Assembly (NCBI GenBank): GCA_013697705.1
Contig: JACCWJ010000004.1
Coordinates: forward strand, 107,220 to 171,219
Length of the DNA: 64,000 bases
Direction: 5' to 3'
Source: Gammaproteobacteria bacterium
Lineage (GTDB): Bacteria > Pseudomonadota > Gammaproteobacteria > UBA6002
This document shows, piece after piece, positions 51,025 through 61,356 of the stretch (position 1 is the first letter of the stretch; each line of letters starts with the position of its first letter). The notes under the pieces are model-generated. The model saw only the letters and a list, made by a program, of their open reading frames with translations. It had not been told where the DNA came from and made no database searches. A program made the translations under genes and the position numbers.

Positions 51025-51699
51025 CTAATGAGTAACTTTATTCAGCTCTGCTCGTAATCGTGCGATAGTGGTTTGATAATTATCGCTATGAAAGATACCA
51101 GTGCCTACCACAAACGTGTCCGCTCCTTCATTTGCTATATCAGCAATGTTATTAATTTTGATGCCGCCATCAACTTCGAGTCTAATAGGGTGAGAACAAT
51201 CTTGAATTATGTGATGAACCTGTCTTATTTTGCGTAACATGCTAGGGAGGAACTCCTGGCCACCAAATCCGGGATTCACTGACATGACCAGGACGAGATC
51301 CAGCCGTTCTAATACGTATTCAAGATATTCTAAGGGAGTTGAAGGATTAAATGCTAACCCCGCTTTACACCCAAGATCTTTTATTAATTGTAAACTGCGG
51401 TCGAGATGTTCCGTTGCTTCGGGATGAATCGTAATATAGGTAGCCCCTGCTTTTGCGAACTCCACAATAAGGGCGTCTACGGGTTTAACCATCAAATGAA
51501 CGTCAATGGGGGCGGTAATGCCATATTTTCTCAGCGCGGAGCAAACCATGGGGCCGACTGTTAAACAAGGAACATAGTGATTATCCATCACATCGAAATG
51601 GATAAAATCCGCACCCGCTTCAATCACTTGGGTTACCTCTTGGCCTAAATTGGCAAAATCAGCAGCAAGTATTGAAGCAGAAATTTTCGAATCACGCAT
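51025..51699 (-). CDS. rpe: Ribulose-phosphate 3-epimerase
   Basis: [32 protein letters not shown]. Confidence 0.97.
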   Translation of the reverse strand: MRDSKISASILAADFANLGQEVTQVIEAGADFIHFDVMDNHYVPCLTVGPMVCSALRKYGITAPIDVHLMVKPVDALIVEFAKAGATYITIHPEATEHLDRSLQLIKDLGCKAGLAFNPSTPLEYLEYVLERLDLVLVMSVNPGFGGQEFLPSMLRKIRQVHHIIQDCSHPIRLEVDGGIKINNIADIANEGADTFVVGTGIFHSDNYQTTIARLRAELNKVTH

Positions 51700-51781
51700 G
51701 AATAAGCCCTTTCTAAAATCGTTAATTATAATAATTTCTCAAAAGAATATTGTACATCATTATCCAAATGCTTAAGAAAAC

Positions 51782-52591
51782 CTATATCCCTCTTGCTTTA
51801 CAGATAGTTTCATAAGCTAATTTGATTTCTTGAGTTTTTTGGGTGGCGAGTTTAATCATTTCTTCTGGCAGCCCTTTTGAGACTAATTTGTCAGGATGAT
51901 TTTGACTCATCAACTTTCGATAGGCTTTTTTTAAGTCACCGTCACTAATTGAAGTCGGTACACCTAAAATTCGATAAGCATTTGCCAGGCGATTGGGTTC
52001 TTGGTGCCGAGGTTGCTGGTAACCTGAACGTGAATTTCTATAATTTGACTGGGACCCATAGGTTTGCGAACGCTGAAAAAAATCGCTCGCATTGAAGTTC
52101 AAGCGATAACAGATATGCTCTAAAATGCGCTGTTTATTTCGGGTTAAAATCCCATCCGCTTGTGCTGCTTGTAGCTGGATTTCAAGAAAAAGATGCAATA
52201 AGTTCCTTTGTTGAAAACAAGCGTCATTTAACGCTGATAGAATTTGATCCAAATCAAAGTCTGCTAATTTTCCCTGCCTAAAATATAAAATAGCTTGCTG
52301 CTTCAAATGAGGGGTAAGCATCATGTTTTGCATAATTCTCGTGGCCGCTTTAATTTCATTTTCTGAAACTCTACCATCCGCTTTTGCGATATATCCCATG
52401 ATAGTAAAAGTAGCCTTAAAAAAAATGTCCTGGGTTTGGGTATGTTGATAGCTTGGGGGAGGGAAGAAAAACCAATGACCTTTACGGCTAACATCAAAAT
52501 AATGACCCAACATCAAACCCACAATAGCGCCCAAAGGACCCGCAATCATGTATCCGAATACCGAACCGAGTAATTTGCCTAACCAAAACAT
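51782..52591 (-). CDS. djlA: Co-chaperone DjlA
   Basis: N-terminal GKLLG TM, AKADGRVSENEI (TerB-like), C-terminal J domain with HPD. Confidence 0.94.
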   Translation of the reverse strand: MFWLGKLLGSVFGYMIAGPLGAIVGLMLGHYFDVSRKGHWFFFPPPSYQHTQTQDIFFKATFTIMGYIAKADGRVSENEIKAATRIMQNMMLTPHLKQQAILYFRQGKLADFDLDQILSALNDACFQQRNLLHLFLEIQLQAAQADGILTRNKQRILEHICYRLNFNASDFFQRSQTYGSQSNYRNSRSGYQQPRHQEPNRLANAYRILGVPTSISDGDLKKAYRKLMSQNHPDKLVSKGLPEEMIKLATQKTQEIKLAYETICKARGI

Positions 52592-52673
52592 AATTTACAA
52601 CTTACAAAACATTATATAACCAAGCATAATACCAGGTAAAACTGATAACAACCTTAATCAAATAAGGGTTTCT

Positions 52674-53963
52674 ATGTCTAACATTGATTTAAACAGGTTT
52701 TCTCCAGTAGCCGTCCCCTCAACGGGAACTGTCTTGAGTGTAGAAAATTATTTAACCTCAAAAAAGCCACAAATTGAAACCTGGCTTGAACAGAAATTAA
52801 GCGATCATCCGGTCCCATTTTATTGTTCAGTAGATGTTCGAAACGCGGGATTTAAGATAGCCCCGGTCGATACGAATTTATTCCCCGCAGGATTTAACAA
52901 TCTCGGCCAGAGTGAGCACTTTTGTGTTGAGGCCGTCAAGAAGGTCTTTGAGCAAGATCACCCATTGGTGAAAAAAATACTTATCATTCCAGAAGATCAT
53001 ACGCGAAATGTTCATTACTATGAGAATATTTTCATTATTCAAGATATTTTGGAAAAGGCAGGCTTACAAGTCAACATTGGCAGTCTATTATCTGAACTCG
53101 ATCAACCCAAAATCGTTGATTTGCCTTCGGGGAAACAACTTACTTTGCACCCTCTATCGCGTAAGCATAATAAACTACAAATCAACGATTTTATTCCCGA
53201 TCTCATTTTACTCAATAATGACTTGTCGAACGGCGTTCCTGTCTTACTCGAAGACATTGATCAAATAATTATACCGCCTGTAAATGCGGGATGGCATACC
53301 CGTCTTAAATCGGTACATTTCAATCATTATCAACAGGTTGCGACTGAATTTGCGAGCGAGTTTGACTTAGACCCTTGGCTACTGGCTCCGTTATTTAAAT
53401 ACTGTGGCAAAGTAAATTTCATGGCGAGCAAGAATGGGGAGCATTGTATAGCACGGCGTTCAGAAGAGCTCTTTAGAGAAATTGAAACGCAGTATAAAAA
53501 ATTTAGTGTCACACAACAACCTTACATAGTAGTCAAGGCAGATGCGGGAACCTACGGTATGGCTGTCATGATGATTCAAGATCCAAAGGAACTACTAAGC
53601 ATAAATCGTAAAGATCGCACTCGGATGGCAAGTATCAAGGGAGGGCGAGAAGTCCATCAGGTAATAATTCAAGAAGGTGTTCACACCCTAGAAACCCGAG
53701 GTGAGAAACGGTTTACAGCAGAACCAGTGATTTACATGATTGGTAAAAAAGTCGTTGGTGGATTTTATCGAGTGCATGAAGCAAAGGGTTTCAATGAAAA
53801 TTTGAATGCTCCGGGCATGCATTTTGAGTCATTTGATCCTTCAAATGAGGAAGAAAATCAACGAATCTATGCTTATGGTGTTATAGCAAGGCTTGCTTTA
53901 ATCGCAGCTGCAAGAGAATTAAATATAACAACGCCCGCTGAAGGTAATAACAATGCCGGTTAA
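52674..53963 (+). CDS. gshA: Glutamate--cysteine ligase (GshA, ATP-grasp type)
   Basis: SVDVRNAGFKIAPVDTNLFPAGFNNL, KADAGTYGMAVM, IIQEGV, NENLNAPGM. Confidence 0.92.
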   Translation: MSNIDLNRFSPVAVPSTGTVLSVENYLTSKKPQIETWLEQKLSDHPVPFYCSVDVRNAGFKIAPVDTNLFPAGFNNLGQSEHFCVEAVKKVFEQDHPLVKKILIIPEDHTRNVHYYENIFIIQDILEKAGLQVNIGSLLSELDQPKIVDLPSGKQLTLHPLSRKHNKLQINDFIPDLILLNNDLSNGVPVLLEDIDQIIIPPVNAGWHTRLKSVHFNHYQQVATEFASEFDLDPWLLAPLFKYCGKVNFMASKNGEHCIARRSEELFREIETQYKKFSVTQQPYIVVKADAGTYGMAVMMIQDPKELLSINRKDRTRMASIKGGREVHQVIIQEGVHTLETRGEKRFTAEPVIYMIGKKVVGGFYRVHEAKGFNENLNAPGMHFESFDPSNEEENQRIYAYGVIARLALIAAARELNITTPAEGNNNAG

Positions 53964-54897
53964 TTTAGCAGTAGTAATGGATCCGATCTCTTCTATTAAT
54001 TTTAAGAAGGACACAACCTTAGCCCTACTTTTGGAAGCGCAGCGCCGCGATTGGTCTTTATCCTACTTAGAACAGAAAGATTTATTTGTTCGAGACGGGG
54101 TGGCCTTCGGGAATGCTTGTTCTCTGCAGGTATTTAATGATCCAAAGTGTTGGTATCAACTCGGTGAAAAACAGTCGAAGCAACTCGACTTTTTTGATGT
54201 TATTTTGATGCGCAAAGATCCGCCGTTTGATATGGAATATATTTATACGACATATATTCTAGAGTTTGCAAAGGCCGAGGGGGTAAGGGTAATTAATGAT
54301 CCCCAGGGATTAAGGGATGCTAATGAAAAACTGTTCGCTCAGTGGTTCCCGCAATGTATGCCTACCACGATAGTGACTAAAGACGGCTCCTTATTACGAC
54401 AATTTATTAAAGATCAAAAAGAGGTGGTTTTAAAACCTCTGCACTCTATGGGCGGAGGTTCCATTTTTCACTTAAAGGAAGGCGATCATAATATTAATGT
54501 GGTCATTGAAGTGCTTACCCAGAATGGACTATCGCACATTATGGCGCAACGGTTTATCCCATCCATTACCGAGGGCGACAAACGAATCTTTATGATCTAC
54601 GGGAAACCCATTCCCTACGCCCTGGCAAGGTTACCCAAGGAAGGAGAAATTCGAGGTAATTTAGCCGCCGGGGGCAATGCCAAAGGGGTGGAGTTAACTA
54701 CGCGAGATTATTATATTTGTGAACAGGTGAGCAAGAAACTACTCGAAAAGGGCTTGGTATTTGTGGGATTAGATGTGATTGGCGAATATTTGACTGAAAT
54801 TAACGTGACCAGTCCTACCTGCGTTCGTGAGCTCGAACCTTTTTATGATATAGACATCGCCAAACAATTTTTTGATGAGCTAGCAATTTCTTTATAG
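53953..54897 (+). CDS. gshB: Glutathione synthetase
   Basis: VVMDPI, MRKDPPFD, NEKL, RGNLAAGG, EINVTSPT. Confidence 0.96.
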   Translation: MPVNLAVVMDPISSINFKKDTTLALLLEAQRRDWSLSYLEQKDLFVRDGVAFGNACSLQVFNDPKCWYQLGEKQSKQLDFFDVILMRKDPPFDMEYIYTTYILEFAKAEGVRVINDPQGLRDANEKLFAQWFPQCMPTTIVTKDGSLLRQFIKDQKEVVLKPLHSMGGGSIFHLKEGDHNINVVIEVLTQNGLSHIMAQRFIPSITEGDKRIFMIYGKPIPYALARLPKEGEIRGNLAAGGNAKGVELTTRDYYICEQVSKKLLEKGLVFVGLDVIGEYLTEINVTSPTCVRELEPFYDIDIAKQFFDELAISL

Positions 54898-54916
54898 CGA
54901 GTGCCTCACCATTCAA

Positions 54917-56479
54917 TTATGTGCTTTCTTTATTGCTTTCTAATCGTAATTTTTCCAAAATCAATTTCGCTTTACTTCCCGGAATCTTGTTGGGATATAA
55001 AGAGGCCATTGATATCGATACTCCATTGGCTGTCATTAACCTGGCATGAGATCGATTAAGTTGTCTAGGTTCACGAACCCCACAAGAATGGCTAATGACT
55101 CCAATTTCATATTCCATATTTTTTGCATAATGATAGACGCGCACTGATTTCACTGTCGGGTCAAGACCATAGGTATAACGCGGATCATTCGAAGTGATGC
55201 CGGTGGGGCAAGTATTTAAATGACATCTTAAGGCTTGAACGCACCCTAGTGAAAACATGAAGCCACGTGCAGAGTTGATAAAGTCGGCTCCTGCGCACAA
55301 GGCCCATGATACATCGGCTGGCGTGATCACCTTGCTGGAAGCAATAATTTTAATGCGATCACGTAAACCATATTCCACCAAGGTGTCGACTAAAACGGGC
55401 AGGGCTTCACTCAAAGGGATGCCCATGTAATCTATTAAACTCATTGGCGCAGCGCCTGTCCCGCCACCTGCGCCATCCAGGGTGATAAAATCTGGAGCGC
55501 AGTCTTCCCCCCGTTTTAAAATCTCCACGCATAACTCATCAAGCCATTCAAATCCCCCTAAAGCGATTTTGAATCCCGTAGGCTTGCCGGTGACATCGCG
55601 TACATGATTAATAAAATCAAGCAGTTGTGAAGAATTAGCGATTTCTGGATGACGATTGGGGCTAATTGAATCTTCATGTATTGGAATGCCGCGAATTTCT
55701 GAGATTTCTGCATTAACTTTTACAGCGGGTAATAGCCCCCCCTTACCGGGTTTGGCTCCCTGACTCAATTTAACTTCAAACATTACTATTTGACGTAGTG
55801 CAGCTACCTCTCGAAGTCTCTTATCACTTAATTTGCCATCTAAAGTACGAAACCCATACTTGGCTGTTCCTATTTGAGCAACTAAATCAGCCCCGCCTTC
55901 CAGGTGATAAGGTGATACGCCGCCTTCTCCCGTATTGAGCCAGCAACCTGCCATTTTGGCGCCATGAGATAAAGCGATAATGGCTTTTTTAGACATAGCG
56001 CCGTAGCTCATGGCAGAAATGTTAAAAATCGATTTGGCGGTGTAAGGATGCTTGCAATTTTTGCCTATGGTAACCGGTTTTGACTCTACCGCGTCTTGAT
56101 TAAGGGTAGGAAACGGAGCATCTACGAAAAGCACTGTCCCAGTCGGTTTGAGATCTCTGGTAGAACCAAAACTCACTGTATTATTTAGATCCTTAGCCGC
56201 GCGATAAACCCACGATCGTTGCGCGCGATTGAACGGAAGTTCTTCACGGTCCCCTTCAAACCAGTACTGACGCAGATAAACGCCCAGGTCTTCTGTAATA
56301 TAACGTAGATGTCCAACAATAGGATAATTACGCAAAATTGAATGTTCTTTCTGATAGCGATCATGAATGTATAAGATAATCAGTCCCAGGATACTAAAAA
56401 TAAGCAGGAAGACGGCTAGGAATTCGCTCAAGTCACGCAGATGTTCCAGCAAAAGATCAATAATGGCGTGATTGAACAT
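54917..56479 (-). CDS. FMN-binding glutamate synthase family protein (stand-alone FMN domain)
   Basis: SAMSYGAMS, NTGEGG, KLSQGAKPGKGG, CVQALRCHLNTCPTGI (3Fe-4S-type Cys motif); N-terminal TM helix. Confidence 0.88.
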   Translation of the reverse strand: MFNHAIIDLLLEHLRDLSEFLAVFLLIFSILGLIILYIHDRYQKEHSILRNYPIVGHLRYITEDLGVYLRQYWFEGDREELPFNRAQRSWVYRAAKDLNNTVSFGSTRDLKPTGTVLFVDAPFPTLNQDAVESKPVTIGKNCKHPYTAKSIFNISAMSYGAMSKKAIIALSHGAKMAGCWLNTGEGGVSPYHLEGGADLVAQIGTAKYGFRTLDGKLSDKRLREVAALRQIVMFEVKLSQGAKPGKGGLLPAVKVNAEISEIRGIPIHEDSISPNRHPEIANSSQLLDFINHVRDVTGKPTGFKIALGGFEWLDELCVEILKRGEDCAPDFITLDGAGGGTGAAPMSLIDYMGIPLSEALPVLVDTLVEYGLRDRIKIIASSKVITPADVSWALCAGADFINSARGFMFSLGCVQALRCHLNTCPTGITSNDPRYTYGLDPTVKSVRVYHYAKNMEYEIGVISHSCGVREPRQLNRSHARLMTANGVSISMASLYPNKIPGSKAKLILEKLRLESNKEST

Positions 56480-56526
56480 GTAATTCTCCAGTAGTAGAAC
56501 GGTAAGAATAGCATATCTTTTTAAAG

Positions 56527-58245
56527 CTATTCACCTATGGCCGCCCCAGTCGGGCGGCGGCTATCCATAGCGCCATAAAATTTATGTGTCTCTGAGTCTA
56601 TCAGGATGCCACTCACCGCCCCCCAGTAAGGAGTGTCGTAAGGTGAGCCAAGTTTAAGCTGATAACCCATTTTTTCCAGAATGGCTTGGGTATCTCTAGA
56701 AAATGCAAATTGCTCCATAAATATTTTGTCTGGCAACCATTGCATATGAAAACGAGGTGCATCTTCTGCCTCCTGAATATTCATCCCGTAATCAATGACA
56801 TTCAATATGACATTAATTATTTGCGAGGGAATAGTTGATCCGCCTGGGGTGCCAATGACCAAGAACAATTTGTCGTCCTTAGTCATAATGGTGGGCGCCA
56901 TAGAACTTAAAGGGCGTTTATTAGGTTCGAGAAGATTTTGTTTGCCTTGATAAAGACCATAAGTATTAGAAGTATTGGGTTTAATCGTAAAATCAGCCAT
57001 CTCATTATTTAAGAAAAATCCAGTTTTCCCCGGAATAACTTTGGAGCCAAAATAATCATTTAGAGTATAAGTCACCGATACCGCATTTCCTTTCCGATCA
57101 ATGACCACATACGAGGTAGTATTGCTCCCTTCGGGAATATCCCAACGGATTCTGTCAGAAGGAGTCGCTTTATTAGGTTTTATTTGAGCCTGTATTTTTC
57201 GAATATGGGATTGCGATAGTAACGTTTTAACGGGGTTTTGAATAAAGTTGGGGTCTCCTAAATAACGGTTGCGATCAGCATAGGAAAATCGCATCGCTTC
57301 CACTGCATAGTGTGTTCCCATCGCAGAATGGAAACCATACTCACGCAGTTTATAAGGTTCAAGTATCTTCAACGCTTCGCATATTGTTGTGCCAGACCCT
57401 GGCGGGGGCGTGGTGATGATTTTATAGCCACGATAAGTACAAACAAGCGGCGATTGTTCATCAATAGAATAATGACTTAAATCACTTTTTGTTATTACAC
57501 CGCCATTTTTATTGCTCGCCTTAACAATTTCTTCTGCTATTTTTCCTTGGTAAAAGCCAGCAGTCCCCTTACTTGCGATTTCTTTTAAAGTAGTCGCCAA
57601 ATTTTTTTGAACCAATCGATCACCCGGGTTGTAGCTACGGCCCCCCTTCATAAATATAGCGCACACATTAGGTTGAGTTTTAAAGCTCTCCTCACCTGTT
57701 TTTAAAATGCTGACATCTCCGGGCAAGAGCAGGTAACCATCCTCTGCTAATCGTATAGCAGGTGCAAGGACCTGGCTCAGGGGCAAAGTTCCATATTTTT
57801 CAAGCGCCTTATTCAAACCCATGACGGTTCCAGGAATTCCCACAGCCAAATAAGGCTTGGCTAATGCCCCCTTGATATGTCCAGTACTCAAGTTCTCAAA
57901 AATGACATTACCCTTTGGATCCAGAAATAAATCTAGCCTGCTTTTTTTCGGGGCTTTTTCCCTAAAGTTTAAAAAAGTTGCGTGGCCATTAGCAAATCGA
58001 ATTAACATAAATCCGCCTCCGCCTATATTCCCGCAACACGGATTAACCACGGCAAGGGCATAGCCCATAGCGACAGCGGCATCCACAGCATTGCCTCCTT
58101 GTTTTAGAATACAAGCTCCCACTTCGGTTGCGTATCGTTGACTAGAGACTGCCATGAATTTGCTGCCTTGAACGGGGGCCGGTGATGCTGCGTTAACAAT
58201 CTGAGCGATTGACGTTAGTAGGAGAGGAATAATTCTTTTCAACAT
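56527..58245 (-). CDS. ggt: Gamma-glutamyltransferase with signal peptide
   Basis: GGNAVDAA, GNIGGGGF, FREKAP, Thr nucleophile in NTTSY, NNEMADF, PLSSMAP, GTPGGS. ATG 58245 chosen. Confidence 0.94.
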   Translation of the reverse strand: MLKRIIPLLLTSIAQIVNAASPAPVQGSKFMAVSSQRYATEVGACILKQGGNAVDAAVAMGYALAVVNPCCGNIGGGGFMLIRFANGHATFLNFREKAPKKSRLDLFLDPKGNVIFENLSTGHIKGALAKPYLAVGIPGTVMGLNKALEKYGTLPLSQVLAPAIRLAEDGYLLLPGDVSILKTGEESFKTQPNVCAIFMKGGRSYNPGDRLVQKNLATTLKEIASKGTAGFYQGKIAEEIVKASNKNGGVITKSDLSHYSIDEQSPLVCTYRGYKIITTPPPGSGTTICEALKILEPYKLREYGFHSAMGTHYAVEAMRFSYADRNRYLGDPNFIQNPVKTLLSQSHIRKIQAQIKPNKATPSDRIRWDIPEGSNTTSYVVIDRKGNAVSVTYTLNDYFGSKVIPGKTGFFLNNEMADFTIKPNTSNTYGLYQGKQNLLEPNKRPLSSMAPTIMTKDDKLFLVIGTPGGSTIPSQIINVILNVIDYGMNIQEAEDAPRFHMQWLPDKIFMEQFAFSRDTQAILEKMGYQLKLGSPYDTPYWGAVSGILIDSETHKFYGAMDSRRPTGAAIGE

Positions 58246-58299
58246 TGCTTGACCATGAAGTAAACTACGAATCGGGCTAATAGTGGATAAAATTAATCG

Positions 58300-59088
58300 A
58301 TGATTGTAGCAGAACTTGCGTTTTATATAGAAGACAAAACACGTGAGTCTGAAGGTGAACAATTAGCGAAAAAATTGCAACTCCCTCTAGTTTTGGATCT
58401 TCAACCTAATCAATTAGTTTTAACACTGACAGCGCAGCGCTTAGAATTACGTTTAACGAATCAAAAAATAAACCCACTCTATGTCGATTTTTTAAATCAA
58501 AATATTCAAAAACGACTTCTTAAGAATAAGGGCAGAAACGAGCTTATTGCTAAAGCCATAGGGCTTAAAGGACATTTTATACCTCGCATTATTGATGCCA
58601 CCGCCGGTCTGGGTAATGACGCATTGGTAATGGCTAACCTGGGTTGCGAGGTAACCTTGCTTGAACGTTCTCCTATCATTTTTGCGTTGCTGGAAGATGG
58701 TTTAAAACGCGCCCAAACACACCTGCCCAATTGGATTAATAATATAAATTTATTATGTGTGGACAGCATTGATTTTCTTAATAATGAGCTTAAGCATCAA
58801 CGGCAGGTAGATGTCATTTATCTAGACCCTATGTTCCCCGAAAGAACTAAGTCAGCCTTGGTAAAAAAAGAAATGAGGATATTGAAAAGCATTGTGGGGG
58901 AGGATGAAGATGCACAAGCCTTATTTAGGATCGCCCAAAGATGCGCCAAAAAAAGAGTAGTGGTAAAACGACCAAGATACGCTGAAACGCTAATTAACGA
59001 GTCACCTTCCTTAATATATAAGGGGAAAGCAACTCGATATGATGTTTATTTGTCGGACACCCGTAAAACCCAAGAGACTAATAGCTGA
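58300..59088 (+). CDS. rsmJ: 16S rRNA m2G1516 methyltransferase
   Basis: IIDATAGLGND, ERSP, YLDPMFP, KKRVVVKRP, RYDVY. Confidence 0.92.
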   Translation: MIVAELAFYIEDKTRESEGEQLAKKLQLPLVLDLQPNQLVLTLTAQRLELRLTNQKINPLYVDFLNQNIQKRLLKNKGRNELIAKAIGLKGHFIPRIIDATAGLGNDALVMANLGCEVTLLERSPIIFALLEDGLKRAQTHLPNWINNINLLCVDSIDFLNNELKHQRQVDVIYLDPMFPERTKSALVKKEMRILKSIVGEDEDAQALFRIAQRCAKKRVVVKRPRYAETLINESPSLIYKGKATRYDVYLSDTRKTQETNS

Positions 59089-59446
59089 CTGGCAAGTCTG
59101 CGCTAAACCATGAACCAAAACCACCCTGCAAAGAATAGACACTGGTGTAGCCCATTTTTTGTATCGCATCACTTGCTAGTGCCGAACGAAAACCGCCGCC
59201 GCAATATAAGACAATGGTCGCTCTTTTATCTACAATAATCTTCTCAATATCCCTTTCTATGACGCCCTTACTCATATGAATAGCCTTGGGTATTCGTCCT
59301 CTTTGCCATTCATTATCTTCACGCACATCAACGAGATAAAATTGATCATTGTTCTGCAATTTTTCGTTTAATTGAACAATATTAATTTCTTCAACTCTAC
59401 TTTGTGCGTCTTCTACGAGGGCTAAAAATTCTGGATTGTGTTTCAT
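59078..59446 (-). CDS. Single-domain rhodanese-like sulfurtransferase
   Basis: VDVREDNEW, LYCGGGFRSALA, SLQGGF..W; ATG overlaps the parE stop (ATGA). Confidence 0.9.
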   Translation of the reverse strand: MKHNPEFLALVEDAQSRVEEINIVQLNEKLQNNDQFYLVDVREDNEWQRGRIPKAIHMSKGVIERDIEKIIVDKRATIVLYCGGGFRSALASDAIQKMGYTSVYSLQGGFGSWFSADLPVSY

Positions 59447-61347
59447 ATTTGAACCTCTGCTAAATCGCCCTTGGTTTCCAGCCAATGTTTTCTATCCAGG
59501 GAACGTTTTTTTGATAATAACATATCTAATAAATCTTCGGTTTTGTCGCCTTCTTGTACATTAAGTTGTACTAGCCGCCGCGTTTCGGGTGCCATGGTGG
59601 TCTCGCGAAGCTGCAGTGGATTCATTTCCCCCAACCCTTTAAAACGTTGAACATGAACCGTGCCTTTTTTCTTTTCAGCGGAGATCCGTTCTAAAATGCC
59701 TTTCTTTTCCGCATCATCGAGAGCATAGAAAACCTCTTTACCAATATCAATCCGATATAAGGGAGGCATGGCGACAAAGATATGACCCGCGATGACCAAG
59801 GGTTTAAAATGTTTTAAAAATAAAGCGCAGAGTAAGGTAGCGATATGTTGACCATCAGAATCTGCGTCAGCCAAAATGCAGATCTTGCTATATCTTAGGT
59901 TTTCCATGTCGTGCGCTCCTGGCTCAACACCGATAGCAACCGAGATATCGTGAATTTCTTGAGAGCCTAAAATTTCATCAGGATTCACTTCCCACGTATT
60001 TAAAATTTTCCCTCGCAGCGGCATCACTGCCTGAAATTCCCGACTTCTCGCCTGCTTTGCCGATCCCCCCGCGGAATCTCCTTCAACCAAAAATAGTTCA
60101 CTTGAATCAGAATCTTGAGAGCTACAATCTGCTAATTTTCCGGGTAAGGCCGGTCCTGAAGTGACTTTTTTGCGGATGATTTTTTTACTATCACGGGTCC
60201 GTCTTTGGGCATTGTTAATGGCCAGTTCGGCTAAACTTTCGCCAAGATTGACATGTTGATTTAAGAATAGACTAAAAGCATCTTTTACCACGCCAGAAAC
60301 AAAGGCAACGCATTCTCGTGAGGATAAGCGTTCTTTCGTTTGACCAGAGAATTGGGGATCCTGCAGTTTGACAGATAATACATAATTACAGTTTTCCCAG
60401 ATATCATCGACGGTAAGTTTCAATCCCCTCGGCAAAAGTTTGCGAATTTCACAAAATTCCCGCATTGCTTCGAGTAGGCCCGTTCGAAAACCATTAACAT
60501 GTGTTCCCCCCTGAATGGTGGGAATAAGATTTACATAACTTTCAGCAACGATAATGCCCTTATTTTCAGGCAACCAAGATACGGCCCAATCCACCGCCTC
60601 TTCATTACCAAAGAAACTGCCCACAAAAGGGTCCTCGGGTAATCTTTCTTCATTGACCAAGGTGCTGCTGAGGTAGTCTTTCAACCCATCTTCGTAGCAC
60701 CACTCTTCAGTCTTACCGGTATGCTCATCATGAAAATAAACGTGTAAGCCGGGACACAATACTGCTTTTGCTCTTAAAGCATGTTTTAAATGGGTGAGAG
60801 AGAATTTACCGATATCGAAGTATTTGCTATCCGGCCAAAAGCGGACCGTGGTGCCACTTTCTTGTTTGTTGGCGGTTCCAACTACGACAAGGTCTGAGGC
60901 CTTATCACCATTGGCAAACACCATTTGGTAAAGCTTACCTTCACGTTTTACGATCACCTGCAATTTAGTGGAAAGCGCATTCACCACGGAAATGCCTACG
61001 CCGTGGAGACCTCCTGAAAACTTATAGTTTTTATTAGAGAATTTTGCTCCAGCATGAAGTCGAGTCAAAATTAGCTCTACTCCGGGTATGCCTTCTTCAG
61101 GATGCTTATCAACAGGCATTCCTCGACCATCATCAATAACTTCTAATGATCCGTCCTTATAAACATTAATGGCTATTTGTGTGGCATGCCCGGCGATAGC
61201 CTCATCGACACTATTGTCAATTGCTTCAAACGCCAAGTGGTTAGGATTGCGGGTATCGGTATACATGCCTGGGCGTTTACGTACCGGATCTAGGCCGCTT
61301 AATACCTCAATTGCTTCTGCGGTATAGGAATTTTTATTTTCTGACAT
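59443..61347 (-). CDS. parE: DNA topoisomerase IV subunit B
   Basis: DPVRKRPGMY, LHAGAKF, GLHGVGISVVNALS, VEGDSAGGS, QRFKGLGEM. Confidence 0.97.
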   Translation of the reverse strand: MSENKNSYTAEAIEVLSGLDPVRKRPGMYTDTRNPNHLAFEAIDNSVDEAIAGHATQIAINVYKDGSLEVIDDGRGMPVDKHPEEGIPGVELILTRLHAGAKFSNKNYKFSGGLHGVGISVVNALSTKLQVIVKREGKLYQMVFANGDKASDLVVVGTANKQESGTTVRFWPDSKYFDIGKFSLTHLKHALRAKAVLCPGLHVYFHDEHTGKTEEWCYEDGLKDYLSSTLVNEERLPEDPFVGSFFGNEEAVDWAVSWLPENKGIIVAESYVNLIPTIQGGTHVNGFRTGLLEAMREFCEIRKLLPRGLKLTVDDIWENCNYVLSVKLQDPQFSGQTKERLSSRECVAFVSGVVKDAFSLFLNQHVNLGESLAELAINNAQRRTRDSKKIIRKKVTSGPALPGKLADCSSQDSDSSELFLVEGDSAGGSAKQARSREFQAVMPLRGKILNTWEVNPDEILGSQEIHDISVAIGVEPGAHDMENLRYSKICILADADSDGQHIATLLCALFLKHFKPLVIAGHIFVAMPPLYRIDIGKEVFYALDDAEKKGILERISAEKKKGTVHVQRFKGLGEMNPLQLRETTMAPETRRLVQLNVQEGDKTEDLLDMLLSKKRSLDRKHWLETKGDLAEVQI

Positions 61348-61356
61348 ATGTTTTAC

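Noticed and set aside
57108-57125. GGT nucleophile motif TTS instead of TTH
   Set aside because: The catalytic Thr, SSM and GG oxyanion motifs are intact, so this is probably neutral variation.
45133-61347. parC and parE separated by about 12 kb
   Set aside because: Unlinked parC and parE are common in gammaproteobacteria.
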